A DNA stretch of 64,000 bases from Octopus vulgaris (Eukaryota). The stretch covers positions 18,414,001 to 18,478,000 of the forward strand of contig OX597829.1 in NCBI GenBank assembly GCA_951406725.2, in the 5' to 3' direction. The notes under the pieces are model-generated. The model did no database searches. It was not told the DNA's origin and saw nothing but the letters and a program-made list of their open reading frames with translations. The first letter of the stretch is position 1, and the number at the start of each line of letters is the position of its first letter. Shown here piece by piece: positions 62,866 through 64,000 of the stretch. The position numbers were made by a program, and so were the translations under genes.

Positions 62866-63100
62866 CTATGAAAAAAAAACTTGAATATCTGGTTGGTGGC
62901 AAGAAGAGTATCAGCTCATAAAATTTTGCCTCAAATAGGTTCCCATCACATTAATATGGAAAGAAGGGGCACTAAACAAACAATATATATATATATACTT
63001 TTTTTATTTATTATAATCAAAGGAAACAAATTTTATTTCACAAACAATCGATATTTTCTGTTTGGTTGATATTCATGAAGAATCAAAATTTTTAACTAAC

Positions 63101-63282
63101 AGTATATATTAGTTCCTTGACAAGTTTTGGAAGGTTGCTTCCGTTTTCCATCAACACTTCAAATTTGTCTTCATTGATGATAAACTTTTGATCCATAGCA
63201 ACAGGAACAACATCTTTGCAGCCTTTCCATGTTCTGGTTCCAATGTCTGGATTGATGAACTCCCAAAGTTTTACTGAATTGT
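63101..63282 (-). CDS. Putative internal coding exon of an unidentified host gene
   Basis: Strong acceptor TTTTTTCTTTCTTCTGCAG|; 182 nt open (NSVKLWEFINPDIGTRTWKGCKDVVPVAMDQKFIINEDKFEVLMENGSNLPKLVKELIYT); donor |GTTAGT; non-repetitive protein-like composition. Confidence 0.65.
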
Positions 63283-63367
63283 CTGCAGAAGAAAGAAAAA
63301 AAAACAAATACATACACAAGCATTTTATTAAAGAATAATTGTAATTAACAAAAAATTTCTAGAGTCT

Positions 63368-63545
63368 AGCATTGCTTGACAACCGATGCTGGTGTGTTTA
63401 CGTCCCCGTCACTTAGCAGTTCGGCAAAAGAGACCGATAGAATAAGTATTGGGCTTACAAAGAATAAGTCCCGGGGTCGATTTGCTTGACTAAAGGTGGT
63501 GCTCCAGCATAGCCGCAGTCAAATGACTGAAACAAGTAGAAGAGA
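63368..63545 (+). mobile_element. SINE family A 3' half
   Basis: Match to 5270-5430. Confidence 0.8.
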
Positions 63546-63709
63546 AAAAAGAGAATTACATTTGACAGGGTAACCTGAATGGCAAAGAGTTGATTATAAA
63601 AATAAAATATCCTTTTTTTAAATATTGGATGACCAATGAGGATCCATCTCATAAAATAAAATATCAAAGAGGGTCCTTAGGCAAAAAATGGTTAAGAAGC
63701 ACTGGCATT

Positions 63710-63942
63710 TGGCGGTGAGCTGGCAGAAACGTTAGCACGCCAGGCGAAATGCGTAGCTGTATTTCGTCTGTCATTATGTTGTGAGTTCAAATTCCGCCGA
63801 GGTTGACTTTGCCTTTCATCTTTTCGGTGTCGATAAATTAAGTACCAGTTACGCACTGGGGTCAATGTAATCGACTTAATACCTATGTCTGTCCTTGTTT
63901 GTTCCCTCTATGTTTAGCCCCTTGTGGGTAATAAAGAAATAG
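63710..63942 (+). mobile_element. SINE family B
   Basis: GGCGGTGAGCTGGCAGAAACGTTAGC...GGGTAATAAAGAAATAG. Confidence 0.85.
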
Positions 63943-64000
63943 GTATAGGTGGTTATATCGGTCACAGTAATTGATAATTGACAATTAATCAATTTATCTC

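Overview
Eukaryotic, AT-rich, microsatellite-saturated DNA that is almost entirely non-genic. The repeat families (tRNA-derived SINEs, RTE LINEs with (GAT)n tails, Dong/R4, mariners) suggest an octopod cephalopod genome; this is inference from recognition, not a search. The only long intact ORF is a young, 5'-truncated RTE-clade LINE (12754-15093) whose reverse transcriptase carries a C4HC3 PHD finger inside the RT domain. The rest is nested mobile DNA: many RTE 3' tails, three SINE families, four Tc1/mariner remnants (one a fold-back), a Chapaev3-like transposon carrying an 18-bp minisatellite, a small Helitron, TTAA MITEs, a fragmented Dong/R4 LINE and a Penelope GIY-YIG remnant. At least eight hammerhead-ribozyme-like motifs occur in short non-coding Penelope-type elements, one with a fully canonical fold (30093-30153). 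Two phase-compatible exons at 63282-63101 and 62865-62788 (minus strand) look like the 3' end of an unidentified host gene. Nearly all other ORFs in the track are microsatellite or repeat artefacts. Repeat boundaries were read by eye and are approximate; SINE family labels A/B/C are my own.
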